Below are positions 62,234 to 64,000 of a stretch of 64,000 nucleotides of DNA, piece after piece. The DNA lies in assembly GCA_963728745.1 (NCBI GenBank), contig CAVSKY010000006.1:197323-261322 (forward strand). Direction: 5' to 3'. This DNA is from an uncultured Chloroflexia bacterium (lineage in GTDB: Bacteria; Chloroflexota; Limnocylindria; Limnocylindrales; CSP1-4). The first letter of the stretch is position 1. Each line of letters opens with the position of its first letter. Below the pieces are notes generated by a model, which was not told the origin of the DNA, ran no database searches, and saw only the letters and a program-made list of their open reading frames with translations. The position numbers and the translations under genes were made by a program.

Positions 62234-62590
62234 TCAGGTCGGCGCAAGCACGCCGGTGACGCGGGCGATGCGTCCGTCGGCAGTGAACTCGATGACATCA
62301 CTACCAGAGAACCCCTCCGGCGGGTCGCCACCCTCCTGTGTCCAGGTGACGCCCATTCGACCGCTCAGCATCCTCGGGGTGCTGGTCTCCCACACCCGGA
62401 AGCCGGGCAACGTCTCGTGCGTGGCCGCGATCATTGCGGCGACTGCCGCACGCCCGACGACGCCATCCGGCACCTCGTCGTCAGCGTAGACGCCGTCCTC
62501 CGCCCAACACTCCTCCAGCAGAGCCAAGGTGTGCTCCGGCTCGTTCCAGGCGCGCGCATACAGCTCGTAGGTGTCCTCGGGTCGACGCAT
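62234..62590 (-). CDS. SnoaL/NTF2-like protein
   Basis: [34 protein letters not shown]; GAGGAG RBS. Confidence 0.85.
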   Translation of the reverse strand: MRRPEDTYELYARAWNEPEHTLALLEECWAEDGVYADDEVPDGVVGRAAVAAMIAATHETLPGFRVWETSTPRMLSGRMGVTWTQEGGDPPEGFSGSDVIEFTADGRIARVTGVLAPT

Positions 62591-62694
62591 CTGTCACTCC
62601 TCGGTTCGTGGTCGAGACCCGGTCTCTACCGCGAGGCGCTCCACACCTCCTGCGGGAGGGTAAGCATCTACCTCCTGATGATGGGCACGAACAG

Positions 62695-62714
62695 CGTTCC
62701 TGGGGGATGGTCAC
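62695..62714. repeat. Direct repeat copy 2 (orphan lepA start)
   Basis: Same 20-mer, 540 bp away; similarity continues through the -10 box (TACACT vs TAGACT). Confidence 0.9.
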
Positions 62715-62825
62715 GAGGGCGGAGTGTAGCGGCTCCTGTGGTAGCATCCGCCTCCGCGTGCGGCGCTCATCCCGTGCTCGCGCGTGGCATCCAACCCATC
62801 ACATCGACGATCCGAGAGGTTTCCC

Positions 62826-63458
62826 TTGGCCAAGACGCCCCGCACCTGGTCGGGTGCACGAACGCCGTCGGGCCTCAAGCGCGTCCGGCAGGCAGCACGC
62901 CGCCATGAGGTGCTCGGCCCACGCCGCACCGCGGCGAAGACCTACGTCGCGAAGGCATTGAGCACCGTCGGCGCGTCGACCGATGCGGAGGCCGCGACCG
63001 CCGCCCTCACCGAGGCGCTATCCGCGCTCGATCGAGCGGCCAAGGCGGGCGCCATCCACCCGAATGCCGCCGCCCGACGCAAGTCGCGGCTGACGCTCAA
63101 GATCAACGCCGCCCTGGGCGGGGCGACCACCGGCTCGTCCGGTCGGGTCACCAAGCAGACCGGCAAATCCGCGGCAGCCAAGGCTGCCAAGGCGCGGATC
63201 GCCGCCGGCAAGTCGACCAAGGCCAAGGGTGCCCAGACCGCCGCCGGCAAGGCTCGCGCAGCGCTGAGCAAGACGGCACGCGCTGAGGCCGCTGCCGCGA
63301 AGGCCGCCGAGTCCGGCGCCACCGAGGCCGCGCCCGCAAAGCCGTCTCGCCCCGCCACGAAGGCCGCGGCGGCCAAGAAGACCGCCGGGAAGTCATCCGC
63401 AAAGCCCGCGGCGACGAAGAAGACAGCAAAGAGCACTGGCAAGAAGGCTTCTTCCTAG
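62826..63458 (+). CDS. rpsT: 30S ribosomal protein S20 with long Lys/Ala-rich C-terminal extension
   Basis: SGLKRVRQA, LDRAAKAGAIHPNAAARRKSRL; GAGGT RBS + TTG; divergent from lepA. Confidence 0.93.
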   Translation: MAKTPRTWSGARTPSGLKRVRQAARRHEVLGPRRTAAKTYVAKALSTVGASTDAEAATAALTEALSALDRAAKAGAIHPNAAARRKSRLTLKINAALGGATTGSSGRVTKQTGKSAAAKAAKARIAAGKSTKAKGAQTAAGKARAALSKTARAEAAAAKAAESGATEAAPAKPSRPATKAAAAKKTAGKSSAKPAATKKTAKSTGKKASS

Positions 63459-63478
63459 CGCCCCGTCATCGCGCTCCG

Positions 63479-63511
63479 CGGCGTCCCGGGTTTCGGCCCG
63501 GGACGCCGTTT
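63479..63511 (+). terminator. Intrinsic terminator after rpsT
   Basis: 12-bp stem CGGCGTCCCGGG/CCCGGGACGCCG, TTCG-containing loop, followed by TTT. Confidence 0.8.
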
Positions 63512-63738
63512 GCGTTGGCGATGCGCCGAGCTGGCCCTTCCTCTGCGTGCCTCTCCTTCCGATTGATCGGCCAGGTGACTTGGGGAAGGCGCCACGGCCC
63601 GATGCGCTTGCGGCTCATTCGTGGGAGCGATGACGCGGAAGCAAATGGTGGTTCAACGCGGATCGGTAGTCGCCTCACCGATGGATCGCACCGAGAACGA
63701 AGGCCGCGGGTCGTCTGTGACGCGCGCGCGCCCACTGT

Positions 63739-63999
63739 TCAGGCGGGCGTCGACACCGTTCCGTCGCCCGACACCGTTGCCTTCGGTCGAGTCAAGCCGT
63801 ATAGAGCGGCTCCGCCGAGACCGCCCGCCGTCGTGGTGACCAGAACCGCGCCCGCGACAGAGAACTGGAACGACCAGTAGAAGGAACCGAACCTGACTGC
63901 GTCGGTGACACCGGCCGCCTCGAGCTCCGCCGAACGGCCCTCGGCCAGGTAGCGCGCGTAGACGCAGGGGGCACCGGTCTCGCAGAACGGCGGGATCGG
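63739..63999 (-). CDS. 3' end of a hypothetical membrane protein (starts beyond the window)
   Basis: Open frame PIPPFCETGAPCVYARYL...FYWSFQFSVAGAVLVTTTAGGLGGAALYGLTRP...TPA*, with a TM helix; not in the ORF track. Confidence 0.6.
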   Translation of the reverse strand, partial: PIPPFCETGAPCVYARYLAEGRSAELEAAGVTDAVRFGSFYWSFQFSVAGAVLVTTTAGGLGGAALYGLTRPKATVSGDGTVSTPA

Positions 64000-64000
64000 C

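Noticed and set aside
62481-62714. 77-aa ORF beginning MTIPQER from the orphan lepA start
   Set aside because: Diverges from LepA after 7 codons, overlaps the SnoaL gene out of frame and has shadow-like composition; treated as part of the repeat

Overview
High-GC bacterial chromosomal window, mostly core genes. The gene set (CIRCE/hrcA, YqeY, PgpH-type 7TM-HD protein, small SWIM protein) suggests Chloroflexota; this is inference only. Left to right: 3' end of an alpha-2-macroglobulin-like gene; aminotransferase/arginase-family pair; a cobalamin-riboswitch-controlled btuFCD-cobS-cobU-cobT-cobC salvage operon; a three-gene secreted cluster with a degenerate metzincin; manC-manB-cupin; an XRE-cupin regulator divergent from potADBC with a predicted operator pair; an apt-mtnA-GNAT-ahcY-S9 peptidase-metK block; mfd and pth; and a Bacillus-like rpsT/lepA-hemW-hrcA-grpE-dnaK...dnaJ-prmA-hit-rpsU-yqeY-pgpH-ybeY superoperon broken by inserts. 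Most notable observations: (1) a 540-bp cassette at the lepA 5' end, flanked by a direct repeat of the lepA promoter and start; (2) a ~9-kb block between dnaK and dnaJ carrying a split-barrel + split-barrel::MenA fusion operon and an Hsp90-like ATPase with a Cys-motif helical partner; (3) ribosomal protein S20 with a ~110-aa histone-H1-like tail; (4) a phased array of palindromic repeats at 31.5-31.7 kb; (5) pervasive leaderless TANNNT promoters. No tRNA, rRNA, CRISPR array, integrase or transposase was seen. All calls come from reading motifs by eye; no database searches were run.
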